Below are positions 1-9,290 of a stretch of 41,617 bases of DNA, one piece after another (within the stretch, counting starts at the first letter, position 1; the number at the start of each line of letters is the position of its first letter). The DNA comes from Campylobacterota bacterium (GTDB lineage: Bacteria; Campylobacterota; Campylobacteria; Campylobacterales; Sulfurovaceae): NCBI GenBank assembly GCA_034658615.1, contig JAYEFI010000050.1:5377-46993 (forward strand). The letters run 5' to 3'. The position numbers and the translations under genes are program-made. A model generated the notes under the pieces. It saw only the letters and a list, made by a program, of their open reading frames with translations, was not told where the DNA came from and did not search any database.

Positions 1-175
1 TGGCATGAGTGACTTCTTTTTTACTTTGGTCTCTTATGTTGTAGTCAACGATGGCGATGTCGAATTTGATGTTGTTTTCTAGGAGTAGAAAAAATAGAGC
101 TGAGGAGTCTATGCCTGCTGAGAATGCTAAGAGGTTTTTTTTATTGTTTAGATTTTTTGTATCTATGTTTAGCAT
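1..175 (-). CDS. tilS: tRNA(Ile)-lysidine synthetase, 5' part (runs off window start)
   Basis: Not in ORF track; manual translation from ATG at 175 gives MLNIDTKNLNNKKNLLAFSAGIDSSALFFLLLENNIKFDIAIVDYNIRDQS, with the PP-loop (AFSAGIDS) and VDYNIR motifs; GAGG RBS upstream; follows rimO. Confidence 0.9.
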   Translation of the reverse strand, partial: MLNIDTKNLNNKKNLLAFSAGIDSSALFFLLLENNIKFDIAIVDYNIRDQSKKEVTHA

Positions 176-195
176 ATTTTCCTCTTTATCCTGTT

Positions 196-316
196 TGTGG
201 CGTTGTTATTCTCCTTACTTTTCTAGAAAAGTAAGCAAAAGTCGTCGTGCCTCTCGAATCGCTATCGCTTACAAGGGCGTTCGCCACGACAAAGGCACGC
301 TTTGCGTGATTGATGG
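196..316. repeat. Structured intergenic repeat element, copy 1 (ncRNA- or MITE-like)
   Basis: Homologous to 34686..34811; contains perfect 22-bp palindrome CTTACTTTTCTAGAAAAGTAAG (214-235), stem GTCGTG/CACGAC and hairpin CACGC-TTT-GCGTG. Confidence 0.85.
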
Positions 317-321
317 GTGTG

Positions 322-1644
322 CTATCGCACGGATGGATTTATGAGCGTTGCTAGTAATTGCGACCCTACAAGTTCTGTTATTTTTGCTTCGTACAGTTTT
401 CCGTATTCTACTGGTAAATCTGATGTGTCGTTGATGAGGATTTCTCCGTCTATGTCTACTGCCCAGTTTAGGGGTCTAGCACTGAGTAGGTACTCATGTT
501 CATCACTTTCTCCATCTATGACTAGTGTGATGCTTTTGCCTACCATGTTTTCAAGGGACTCTTGGGTATTTTCCTCTGCGATTTCCCCTAAGATATTTGC
601 TCTTTCATCAATGACTTCTTGTGGTATTTGGTCTAGGGTATAAGCTGAGGTAGTCTCTTCATTAGAGTAATGGAAGGTGTTGAACCTATCGAATTTAAAA
701 TCCTTCATAAAAGCACAAAGTCTTTTAAAACTTTCGTCATTTTCTCCTGGGTGACCTGCTATGAGAGAGGTACGTAAAAATGCATTTGGTTTAGATTTCA
801 TGTATTCTAGTAATTCTATAGTCTTTTTTTCACCAAAGCCACGTTTCATTGTTTTTAATACAGCATCATCTATATGTTGGATGGGCATGTCATAATAGGT
901 TTGAAATATGTTTGAATCTGAAATAGCATCAATGAGGTCAAAAGTAGTGGTACTAGGGTAGAGGTACAGTATACGTGCAGACTTAATGCCCTCTATGTTT
1001 TCTACAGAGTGTATAAGTTCAGTGAGTCCATCTGACATTTTCATATCTCGTCCATAACTTGAACTGTCTTGTGAAATGAAAGAAAAATCTGTATAGCCAT
1101 CTGCTATTAACATAGTCACTTCTTTTACAATAGAAGAGAGCGAGCGTGAGTGTAACTTGCCTTTAAAACTAGGGATAGCACAAAAAGAACACGCTTGGTT
1201 ACACCCTTCAGCTATTTTGATGTAGGCATGGTAGTTAGAACCGGTAATGACTCTACCAGAGGTCTCAGTCGCTAGGTAGACTTCAGGAGAGAAAGTACTT
1301 TGTTTCGAAGCGATGAGCTCATCTATTTTTTCATAGTCGCCCACTCCTGTAAAGATGTCTATCTCAGGCATATCTGCTTGGAGTTCTTCTCTATATCGTT
1401 CAGTGAGACACCCAGACATGACAAGTATAGAGTTCTCTTTTCGTGCATCATGTAAGTTGAGTACAGTGTTAATACTCTCTTCTTTTGCAGCATCTATAAA
1501 GCCACAGGTATTGACTATAATCACGTCTGCATTGGTATTGTCATCGGTGATTTCATACTCTTTAAGACGCCCAAGCATCACTTCACTATCAACAAGGTTT
1601 TTAGTACATCCTAGACTTACTAGGTGTAGTTTTTTAGTGTTCAT
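322..1644 (-). CDS. rimO: Ribosomal protein S12 methylthiotransferase RimO
   Basis: N-terminal SLGCTKNLVDSE and VNTCGFI, radical-SAM CNQACSFC, C-terminal TRAM-like domain; 440 aa. Confidence 0.95.
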   Translation of the reverse strand: MNTKKLHLVSLGCTKNLVDSEVMLGRLKEYEITDDNTNADVIIVNTCGFIDAAKEESINTVLNLHDARKENSILVMSGCLTERYREELQADMPEIDIFTGVGDYEKIDELIASKQSTFSPEVYLATETSGRVITGSNYHAYIKIAEGCNQACSFCAIPSFKGKLHSRSLSSIVKEVTMLIADGYTDFSFISQDSSSYGRDMKMSDGLTELIHSVENIEGIKSARILYLYPSTTTFDLIDAISDSNIFQTYYDMPIQHIDDAVLKTMKRGFGEKKTIELLEYMKSKPNAFLRTSLIAGHPGENDESFKRLCAFMKDFKFDRFNTFHYSNEETTSAYTLDQIPQEVIDERANILGEIAEENTQESLENMVGKSITLVIDGESDEHEYLLSARPLNWAVDIDGEILINDTSDLPVEYGKLYEAKITELVGSQLLATLINPSVR

Positions 1645-1784
1645 TTATACCCTTATTGTACTCAATGGTAATTTTTATAGACATAGGTACTCTTTTAATA
1701 ATATACTTTTTTAGCATTATATCTAAATGCTTATAAGGTTAAAAAAATGTACGATAAAAGAATGAAGGTTTAAAATTAAGAAGG

Positions 1785-1815
1785 TTTAGAGTCAGACCGA
1801 AGTCTGAACTCTAAA
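1785..1815 (-). terminator. Hairpin downstream of porin gene (probable terminator)
   Basis: TTTAGAG-TCAGAC CGAA GTCTGA-A-CTCTAAA stem-loop ~30 bp after the porin stop. Confidence 0.6.
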
Positions 1816-1843
1816 GGTAGTTAAACTTTGTAAGAAGTGATTC

Positions 1844-3133
1844 TTAGAAAGAGTATCTTGCCCATACACGAACGAAGTTTTGAGATTCGTCAGCTTGTCT
1901 GTCATCATTTTGGTTAATGAATGCAGCAAATAGTTTTGTGTTTTGACCAATTTTAGTTTTGTACATTAATTCGATTTCTTGGTAAGTACCTTCACCTGTT
2001 GCACCTGTTCCAAATACTGAACCCATTGCAGTTGCACCTAAGTCAGAAGTGATGTATGCAGCGATAACTTTACCACCAAGGGCTTTAACGTGTGCAGCTA
2101 CTTTGATAGTATCAGAGTCTCTTTTAATTGTATTTTGGTTAAGTACAGCTTGTGTGTAAAGTGGAGTTTTAACACCAGCACCTGCAAGGTTAGCTATGTT
2201 AAGAGTACCATCATCTACAGAAGAGTATGCTACAGAAGCACCAAACATACCTACGTTACCAGCAATTTTTGCACCAAATGCAGTTGTATCTTCAGGAACA
2301 GCGTCTCCACCAATAGTACCACCTTGAACAGCTACAGAGTAACCACCCAGTTTAAATTTAGCATCACCCCATACAGCAGTTGCATCACCTGCAGCAGTTG
2401 CATCTGGAAGTTGGTAGTAAGAACCTGTCAATGTTAAACCAGAGATTGATTTATTTTGAGCAGTTAACATCATTACACCATCAGAACCATGGAACTGTTG
2501 AAAGTCATTTAGGTTACCAACAGAGTTGTTTCTTCTTGTTACATATGCACCAACTAAAGTAGTGTCTGGAAGATCAGTATTTACAAGTAATGCTGCATCA
2601 AAAGTATTTTTAAATACATTCCAACCTTCTGAGAACGCGAATGGTGAAAGTGATTTTGGAAGTGTTTGACGACCAACTTTTAATGAAGTGTTACCAGCTC
2701 CGTAAGTTAAGTACGCTTGTGTAAGTGCACCTGCTGCAAGAACATACTCTTCATCATCAGCTGCAACACCGTTACCAGCATTTTGAACAAGACCATCTAC
2801 TAAATCTGGGAAAAGACCTGCATCAGAGATACCAGAAAGCTCAAAACCAGCTCCGATTCCACCAATTACGTCTTTATTAACTGCTGCAAGTTGAAGACCA
2901 GCTGCTGCTACTGCAAAACCTGGCTTTTCAGCACCATTTGCATCAAAAAGTGAACCATTCCCTTGTCCATCAGTTGTTTGGTAATATACTACTGCTTGAC
3001 CATTGAAATCCCATCCTGAAGCTGCCGATGCTGCTACTTCTGGTGTTTCTACTACTGGCTCAACTGGTGCAATTGATCCACCTGCCATAATCATCGTTGA
3101 CGCTACTACTGAAAGTAATAATGTTTTTTTCAT
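1844..3133 (-). CDS. Major outer membrane porin (Campylobacterota MOMP/OprD-like beta-barrel)
   Basis: Signal peptide MKKTLLLSVVASTMIMA, KVGRQTLP motif, amphipathic beta strands, C-terminal VWARYSF; strong promoter and AAGGAG RBS. Confidence 0.8.
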   Translation of the reverse strand: MKKTLLLSVVASTMIMAGGSIAPVEPVVETPEVAASAASGWDFNGQAVVYYQTTDGQGNGSLFDANGAEKPGFAVAAAGLQLAAVNKDVIGGIGAGFELSGISDAGLFPDLVDGLVQNAGNGVAADDEEYVLAAGALTQAYLTYGAGNTSLKVGRQTLPKSLSPFAFSEGWNVFKNTFDAALLVNTDLPDTTLVGAYVTRRNNSVGNLNDFQQFHGSDGVMMLTAQNKSISGLTLTGSYYQLPDATAAGDATAVWGDAKFKLGGYSVAVQGGTIGGDAVPEDTTAFGAKIAGNVGMFGASVAYSSVDDGTLNIANLAGAGVKTPLYTQAVLNQNTIKRDSDTIKVAAHVKALGGKVIAAYITSDLGATAMGSVFGTGATGEGTYQEIELMYKTKIGQNTKLFAAFINQNDDRQADESQNFVRVWARYSF

Positions 3134-3168
3134 CTGTAATCTCCTTGAGTTTGTTTTGAATACACCAA

Positions 3169-3198
3169 ATTATAACCAATAGTTTCTAAAAATGTCAA
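3169..3198 (-). promoter_or_regulatory. Consensus sigma70 promoter of the porin gene
   Basis: Minus strand reads TTGACA (3198-3193), 18-bp spacer, TATAAT (3174-3169), 36 bp upstream of the ATG. Confidence 0.75.
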
Positions 3199-3371
3199 TA
3201 AAATTAATAAAAAGTTAACAAAGCATTAATAATTTGTAACTATTGACGGCTATATGGGCATTCTAACAGGGTAACATGCATTTAAATGATGTAAGAAATA
3301 AACTTTTTTAAGAGAATAAAGTGAGTTTTTTTAAGATAAGTTAATGATTGATAAAGAGAATGTAAATAAAA

Positions 3372-3446
3372 TGGTGGCTCGAGACAGAATCGAACTGTCG
3401 ACACAAGGATTTTCAATCCTTTGCTCTACCCCTGAGCTACCGAGCC
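3372..3446 (-). tRNA. tRNA-Phe(GAA)
   Basis: Reverse complement GGCTCGGTAGCTCAGGGGTAGAGCAAAGGATTGAAAATCCTTGTGTCGACAGTTCGATTCTGTCTCGAGCCACCA folds as a cloverleaf with anticodon GAA, GTTCGA T-loop and encoded CCA. Confidence 0.97.
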
Positions 3447-3532
3447 ACATTTTTTAAAAGACAAGCTGTCATTTAAGTGGAAGAATTATAACGGCTTAAG
3501 CTTAAAAGATAGGCAAGTAAATAGTAAAAGGT

Positions 3533-4777
3533 TTATTTTTTTAAATCTTTTACTATATTCATAAAAGTTTCACCTCTATGCTTATAAGATTTGAATTGAT
3601 CAAAACTTGCTGAAGCAGGAGAAAGCAGTGCAATACTTTCTTCTGTGAGCCTTTTATCTATCTCTTCTATGGCTTTATCGATGGTCTTAGCTTCTATGAC
3701 TTCTATGTCAAAAGCATTTGCAAGGGTTAAAAGTGTATCGTTATTTTTTCCTATAGTATATAGTGTAAGGGAAAGTGTTTTCATTTCTTTAAAAAGAGGT
3801 GTTAAGTCTATACCTTTATCATCGCCACCCAGTATGAGGTGTATGTGTCTATCTGCGTATGTTTTGACTGCTTGAATACTTGCATCAAGATTTGTAGCTT
3901 TGGAGTCGTTGACCCAGAGTCTGTTTTTTGCATCATTAAACTCTTCTTGTCTATGTGCATCACGTTGAAAGTTGTTGAGTAGGTCATAATTTACTTCATC
4001 AAACAATACTTTAGTGATAGCCAGTGAAAGAAGGGCATCTTGTAAAAAAGCACCCTTGTAGTGTAGTTTTGAACTCTCTAGTGAAAAATAGTCACATAAA
4101 AATGCATCGCTGTCATACTCTACTACGTAAGCGGCAGTATTTGGGATGTTTAGACCTTTGGGAATGAGAGCCAGTTCTCCTTCTTTCATGGTGAGCAGAG
4201 GTTTTAGCTTATCGGCCTCATAGGCTTTGGCTGTCTTGTGCCAATCTAAATGATCGGGAGTGATGGGAAGCAATAAATAGATGTTTGGTGACGCTATGTT
4301 GGTATGATGCAGTGTAAAAGAGGAACTCTCTAGTACCCAGATAGGTGCATTTCTATCTAAGTCTGCCAATGGTGTACCAATATTTCCCCCACTTACTGCA
4401 CCACGTTTTTCTAAAAGGTGTGTAAGCATTTGAGTGGTGGTGGTTTTGCCATTGGTTCCTGAAATCCAAACACTAAAAGGTTTGGATAAGTAGGAGGTAG
4501 GAGGTAGGAGGTAGGAGTGAGAGCTTAAGAAGTAGTCATACTCACTCATGAGGTTTTTTGCAGATTGTATAAGTGGGTGCTGTGGTGGAAGACTAGGTGT
4601 AGTCACTTCTAGGTCACTTTCCTCAGGGTTAAACTCTTTGGAGGGTTTGATGGTATTATTGTTTTCATCTATATAGGTCTCTTTACAATTGTCATCAAAA
4701 AAAGTACAACCTCCCCCTAGTTTGTTGGCAATAGCTTTGGTGGTGAGTCCATATCCAAATAGTGTGGGTTTTTGCAT
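3533..4777 (-). CDS. murD: UDP-N-acetylmuramoyl-L-alanine--D-glutamate ligase
   Basis: ISGTNGKTTTT P-loop, GGNIG, ESSSF, PDHLDWH, NDSKATN, LLSPASASFDQF motifs; adjacent to mraY. Confidence 0.96.
   Translation of the reverse strand: MQKPTLFGYGLTTKAIANKLGGGCTFFDDNCKETYIDENNNTIKPSKEFNPEESDLEVTTPSLPPQHPLIQSAKNLMSEYDYFLSSHSYLLPPTSYLSKPFSVWISGTNGKTTTTQMLTHLLEKRGAVSGGNIGTPLADLDRNAPIWVLESSSFTLHHTNIASPNIYLLLPITPDHLDWHKTAKAYEADKLKPLLTMKEGELALIPKGLNIPNTAAYVVEYDSDAFLCDYFSLESSKLHYKGAFLQDALLSLAITKVLFDEVNYDLLNNFQRDAHRQEEFNDAKNRLWVNDSKATNLDASIQAVKTYADRHIHLILGGDDKGIDLTPLFKEMKTLSLTLYTIGKNNDTLLTLANAFDIEVIEAKTIDKAIEEIDKRLTEESIALLSPASASFDQFKSYKHRGETFMNIVKDLKK
4491..4518. repeat. Heptamer tandem repeat (TAGGAGG)x4 inside murD
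   Basis: TAGGAGG TAGGAGG TAGGAGG TAGGAGT; encodes HSYLLPPTSY on the minus strand. Confidence 0.9.
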
Positions 4778-4778
4778 C

Positions 4779-5837
4779 TTATCTAAACTTAAATGATATG
4801 AGTGCTAAGATATTGGCAATAAAGGAAATCATCCAAAAACGTACGATGATTTTATTTTCTGCCCAGCCTTTAAGTTCAAAGTGATGGTGAATAGGAGCCA
4901 TTTTAAAAATTCGTTTTTCCCGTAATTTAAAACTTCCTACTTGTAAAATAACTGAGACCGTCTCAATCACAAAAATAAGTCCAATAAGAATAAGCAGTAC
5001 TTCACTTTTTCCTAAAATGGCCAAGTAAGCAATGAACCCACCTATAGCCAAGCTTCCCGTGTCTCCCATGAAGACTTCTGCAGGGTAGCAGTTGTACCAT
5101 AAAAATCCAAGTAAAGCACCAGAGAGTGCTGCGGCTAAAATCATCACTTCCCCTACACCATTAATGTTGGGTATTAGAAGATATTGTGAAAAAACGGCAT
5201 GTCCTGTGACATAAATAATGACACCGAGTGTAGAAAGGGCAATAATAGAAGGTACTGTCGCTAACCCATCTAATCCATCTGTAAGATTAACAGCATTGGT
5301 GGTAGCTAGAAAAACAAGCACCCAAAATGGAATGGCTGCATAGCCTAAGTCAAACAAAGGTGTTTTGAAGAAAGGCACATAAAACTCTGTTGGGAAACCA
5401 GCATAAAGTAATATGGCTGTAGAGATAGCAGCTATGATTGATTGGAGTATCATCTTTCCTTTGGGCGTGAGTCCCTCTAGGTTGTCTCCAGCTAGTACTT
5501 TCCCCACATCATCTTGAAAGCCTACAAGTCCAAAACCTATGATAGTAACAAGACCACCTACTATATATAAATTGCTTAAATCTGTACTAATAAGTGCTGC
5601 AATAATTGTAGCAAGAAGAAAAATAGCACCACCCATGGTAGGTGTGTGACGTTTTCCCTCATGTGCAGGAACATATTTACTAATAGGTTGATTGGCATTT
5701 TTCGAAATGGCCCAAGCTAGATATTTTGGCATGACTAAAATAGTGAGTAAAAAAGCAATAAAAAATGCAAACCCTGCACGTACAGAGATGTAGCCGAGTA
5801 AGTTTATATTTAAAAATTGTGAGAGTTCATATAACAT
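4779..5837 (-). CDS. mraY: Phospho-N-acetylmuramoyl-pentapeptide transferase
   Basis: [36 protein letters not shown] motifs; polytopic membrane protein. Confidence 0.97.
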   Translation of the reverse strand: MLYELSQFLNINLLGYISVRAGFAFFIAFLLTILVMPKYLAWAISKNANQPISKYVPAHEGKRHTPTMGGAIFLLATIIAALISTDLSNLYIVGGLVTIIGFGLVGFQDDVGKVLAGDNLEGLTPKGKMILQSIIAAISTAILLYAGFPTEFYVPFFKTPLFDLGYAAIPFWVLVFLATTNAVNLTDGLDGLATVPSIIALSTLGVIIYVTGHAVFSQYLLIPNINGVGEVMILAAALSGALLGFLWYNCYPAEVFMGDTGSLAIGGFIAYLAILGKSEVLLILIGLIFVIETVSVILQVGSFKLREKRIFKMAPIHHHFELKGWAENKIIVRFWMISFIANILALISFKFR

Positions 5838-5938
5838 ATATATTCTTTCGATTAAATTTAGGATACTTCTAAATAATTAAAGTATTAAGAAAGTTTATTT
5901 TACTATTATTTCAATTAAATATGCACAAAAGATAAATA

Positions 5939-7420
5939 ATGAAACAAAAAAAGACAATTTTGATTATCACTGATGGGATAGGCTGCAAGCCAGATAGTAC
6001 ATGTAATGCGTTTAAAGATGCAAAAAAACCAACGTATGACACACTTTTTGAAGAGGCTCCTAGAGCACTTATCTCTACACATGGACTCTCTGTAGGACTA
6101 CCAGAAGGACAAATGGGAAATTCTGAAGTGGGACATATGACTATAGGTTCAGGTCGTATTTTGTATCAAGATTTAGTCAAGGTTTCATTGGCTATTGAAG
6201 AGAGAAGTATTGAAGTAAATGATGCACTGACTTCAACACTGGATAAAAGTAATCGTTTACATCTTATAGGTTTGCTGAGTGATGGTGGTGTGCATTCACA
6301 TATTAAGCATACTATAGGGTTAGCTAAATTGGCAAAAAGCAAGGGTAAAAAAGTATTTTTACATCTTATTACGGATGGTAGAGATGTGAGCCCTACCTCT
6401 TCACAAAAATATATAGCACAAATAGAAGCAATATGTGATGAAGATATATCTATAGCAACTATAGGTGGACGTTTCTTTACTATGGATAGAGACAACCGTT
6501 GGGAACGTGTGGAAAAAGGTTACAATGCCATAGTTAAAGCAACTCCATCTACCTCTCTTGATGTGACAACGTATATTGATGAAAGCTATGCAAAAAATGA
6601 GCTAGATGAGTTTGTAGAACCAGTGGCTTTAAATGGCTATAGGGGTATGCAAGAGGGAGATGCTGTTATTGTAACAAATTTCCGTTCAGATAGAGTCCGT
6701 GAAATTACCACTGCACTTGGTGTAGAGACATTTAATCATTTTGCTAAAGAAGATATTGTTTTACATATAGCTACGATGACACAGTATGATGCAAGTTTTA
6801 CTTTCCCTATACTCTTTCCAAAAACAGCACCTGAAAATACTTTAGCACAAGTTGTGTCCGATGCTGGTTTACGTCAACTGCATACAGCAGAGACAGAGAA
6901 ATATGCACATGTGACATTTTTTTTAAATGGGGGCATAGAGGAACCTTATATAGGTGAGAGTCGTGTACTAATACCTAGCCCCGATGTGAAGACCTATGAC
7001 ATGAAACCAGAAATGTCAGCAGCAGAAGTAGGAAGTGCAGTACGTACAGCGATGGATGAAAGTTATGATCTTGTAGTGGTTAACTTTGCAAATGGTGACA
7101 TGGTAGGACATACAGGTAACTATGATGCTGCATGTGAGGCTGTGAATGCAGTAGATACAGAGCTAGGAAAAATTATTGATAAAGCAAAAGTGAATGGCTA
7201 TAATATTGTTTTAACTTCCGATCATGGAAACTGTGAAGAGATGAAAGATGAGAAAGGACAAGTCTTGACCAATCATACCGTTGGCGAGGTGTGGTGCTTT
7301 ATCTTGGCAGAAGGTGTTGATAGTGTCAAAGAAAATTGTGGACTTAATAATGTTGCACCTACTGTTCTAAAGCTCATGGGATTAGAAATTCCTGAAGAAA
7401 TGGATGCATCCTTAATCTAG
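5939..7420 (+). CDS. gpmI: 2,3-bisphosphoglycerate-independent phosphoglycerate mutase
   Basis: GQMGNSEVGH, SDGGVHSH, ETEKYAHVTFF, NGDMVGHTG, SDHGN motifs. Confidence 0.97.
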   Translation: MKQKKTILIITDGIGCKPDSTCNAFKDAKKPTYDTLFEEAPRALISTHGLSVGLPEGQMGNSEVGHMTIGSGRILYQDLVKVSLAIEERSIEVNDALTSTLDKSNRLHLIGLLSDGGVHSHIKHTIGLAKLAKSKGKKVFLHLITDGRDVSPTSSQKYIAQIEAICDEDISIATIGGRFFTMDRDNRWERVEKGYNAIVKATPSTSLDVTTYIDESYAKNELDEFVEPVALNGYRGMQEGDAVIVTNFRSDRVREITTALGVETFNHFAKEDIVLHIATMTQYDASFTFPILFPKTAPENTLAQVVSDAGLRQLHTAETEKYAHVTFFLNGGIEEPYIGESRVLIPSPDVKTYDMKPEMSAAEVGSAVRTAMDESYDLVVVNFANGDMVGHTGNYDAACEAVNAVDTELGKIIDKAKVNGYNIVLTSDHGNCEEMKDEKGQVLTNHTVGEVWCFILAEGVDSVKENCGLNNVAPTVLKLMGLEIPEEMDASLI

Positions 7421-7479
7421 CTATGTTACAATAGTAGAGTAAGTATTTAAACCAAAAATACAACAAAAGGGGTATCTTA

Positions 7480-7818
7480 ATGGATAAAAAAATTCAAGAA
7501 TCAGTAGGCATACTGTTGGCACATATTATAAAAGTAGATAATAGAGATATTGAAAAAGAGGCACCTATTTTTTGTGATATTATGAAGCATAACTTTACAT
7601 GTACAGAAGAAGAAGCAAAAGAGTTTTTATATAATATTATGGATACGGAATATAACTTGGATGATCATGTTGAAGTTATAAATGAAGCATTAAAAGATGA
7701 TAGAATAGCCAAATTGCATATATTGGAACAACTTAATCATGTTATTTATTCCGATACAATAAGTGAGAATGATTATAAAATATTTGAAAAGATTAAAAAT
7801 AAACTATTTTCTGAATAG
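7480..7818 (+). CDS. TerB-like (tellurite-resistance fold) small protein
   Basis: LLAHIIKVD...E and YSD.ISENDY pattern resembles TerB-family helices; 112 aa with RBS. Confidence 0.55.
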   Translation: MDKKIQESVGILLAHIIKVDNRDIEKEAPIFCDIMKHNFTCTEEEAKEFLYNIMDTEYNLDDHVEVINEALKDDRIAKLHILEQLNHVIYSDTISENDYKIFEKIKNKLFSE

Positions 7819-7845
7819 AAATTAAGTTATAAAATAAGGGTTTAA

Positions 7846-8589
7846 ATGAAATTTACAGGTAAAAATGTACTCGTAACAGGTGCAAGTAGAGGAATAGGTG
7901 CGGAGATAGCAAAAGGTTTGGCAGCTATGGGACTTAAGGTTTGGGTAAACTTTCGTTCAGGTGAGGCTGAAGCAAATGCAGTAAAAGCTGAGATTGAGGC
8001 TGCTGGTGGGCAAGCTGAAGTTATAGGCTTTGATGTAAGCAGTGAAGAAGCTTTTGTTGCTGGGATAAAAGAGATTGTTACAGCAGATGGAGAACTTGCG
8101 TATCTTGTGAATAATGCAGGTATCACCAAAGATGGTTTAGCAATGCGTATGAAGACAGAAGCCTTTATGGATGTGATAAATGCAAACTTAACTTCAACTT
8201 TTATAGGGTGTCGTGAATCATTAAAAGTGATGCGTAAAAAGCGTTTTGGTTCAGTTGTAAACATTGCATCTATTGTCGGTGAAACTGGAAATGCTGGACA
8301 GACAAACTACGCAGCCTCTAAAGGCGGGACTATAGCGATGACAAAATCTTTTGCCATGGAAGCAGCGACATCTGGCATACGTTACAACACCATTACCCCA
8401 GGTTTTATAGCAACAGAGATGACTTCTGTACTTAAAGATGAGGTAAAAGATGCATTTACAGCGAAGATACCTATGGCTCGTTTTGGTAACCCTAGTGAAG
8501 TAGCAGATGCTGTGGCATTTTTACTCTCAGACCACTCTTCTTACATTACAGGCGAGACGTTGAAAGTTAATGGTGGGATGCTGATGTAG
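7846..8589 (+). CDS. fabG: 3-oxoacyl-ACP reductase
   Basis: TGASRGIG, NNAGITKD, GQTNYAASK, VNGGM SDR motifs. Confidence 0.95.
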   Translation: MKFTGKNVLVTGASRGIGAEIAKGLAAMGLKVWVNFRSGEAEANAVKAEIEAAGGQAEVIGFDVSSEEAFVAGIKEIVTADGELAYLVNNAGITKDGLAMRMKTEAFMDVINANLTSTFIGCRESLKVMRKKRFGSVVNIASIVGETGNAGQTNYAASKGGTIAMTKSFAMEAATSGIRYNTITPGFIATEMTSVLKDEVKDAFTAKIPMARFGNPSEVADAVAFLLSDHSSYITGETLKVNGGMLM

Positions 8590-8639
8590 TTTCTTTGGAA
8601 ATTACAAGTGAATAATACATAGTGAAAAGTGAGTAATTT

Positions 8640-9290
8640 TTGAAAATACTTTTACTTGAAGATGATAAGCTTTTTAACGAAACACTGCAAGACTTTTTTG
8701 AAGAGGAAGGTTTTATGGTGGACTGTGCACTAGACCCCTATAGTGCGATTGATTTTACATACGATACAAATTATAACCTTTATCTTTTTGATGTCAATTT
8801 ACCGTATGAAAGTGGCTTTGATTTATTGCAAAAACTACGTGCATCGGGAGATGATACCCCAACTATTTTTATTACTTCTCGTGATGATAAAGAATCACTC
8901 AAAGAGGGGTTTACACAAGGGGGAGATGACTACATTACTAAGCCTGTTGATTTAGATGAGCTTCTTTTGCGTGTGAATGCTGTGTTGCGAAGACAAGTAC
9001 GTACGCAAGTGGTACAGGTGGGTGAGTATGGATTTGACACTTTACGTAAGACACTTTCTAAACAGGGATTAAAGGTAGAGTTGAGTGTAAAGAGTTCAGA
9101 ATTACTTTTTGTGCTTTTAGAGGGGCAAGGTGAAGTTGTACCTTTAGAGCAGATAAAAGCTCACCTATGGTCTGCTTCTGAAGAGTCTAGCGATGGGGCT
9201 TTGCGTGTATATATTGCACAATTAAAAAAGTATTTTCCTACACAAATAGAAAATGTGAGAGGTGTAGGGTATAGGATAAAGCTTAAATGA
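8640..9290 (+). CDS. OmpR-family response regulator 1
   Basis: ILLLEDD, FDVNLP (phospho-Asp), DDYITKP, C-terminal winged helix ENVRGVGY; TTG start. Confidence 0.93.
   Translation: MKILLLEDDKLFNETLQDFFEEEGFMVDCALDPYSAIDFTYDTNYNLYLFDVNLPYESGFDLLQKLRASGDDTPTIFITSRDDKESLKEGFTQGGDDYITKPVDLDELLLRVNAVLRRQVRTQVVQVGEYGFDTLRKTLSKQGLKVELSVKSSELLFVLLEGQGEVVPLEQIKAHLWSASEESSDGALRVYIAQLKKYFPTQIENVRGVGYRIKLK

Noticed and set aside
51-344. 97-aa plus-strand ORF
   Set aside because: Antisense to tilS and runs through the structured repeat; no recognisable motifs
317-2562. Plus-strand ORFs 317..643, 1355..1714, 2090..2437, 2380..2562
   Set aside because: Shadow frames antisense to rimO and the porin gene
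3372-3446. tRNA-Phe as a possible integration site
   Set aside because: No duplicated tRNA 3' end or integrase noticed in the window; flanks are core genes
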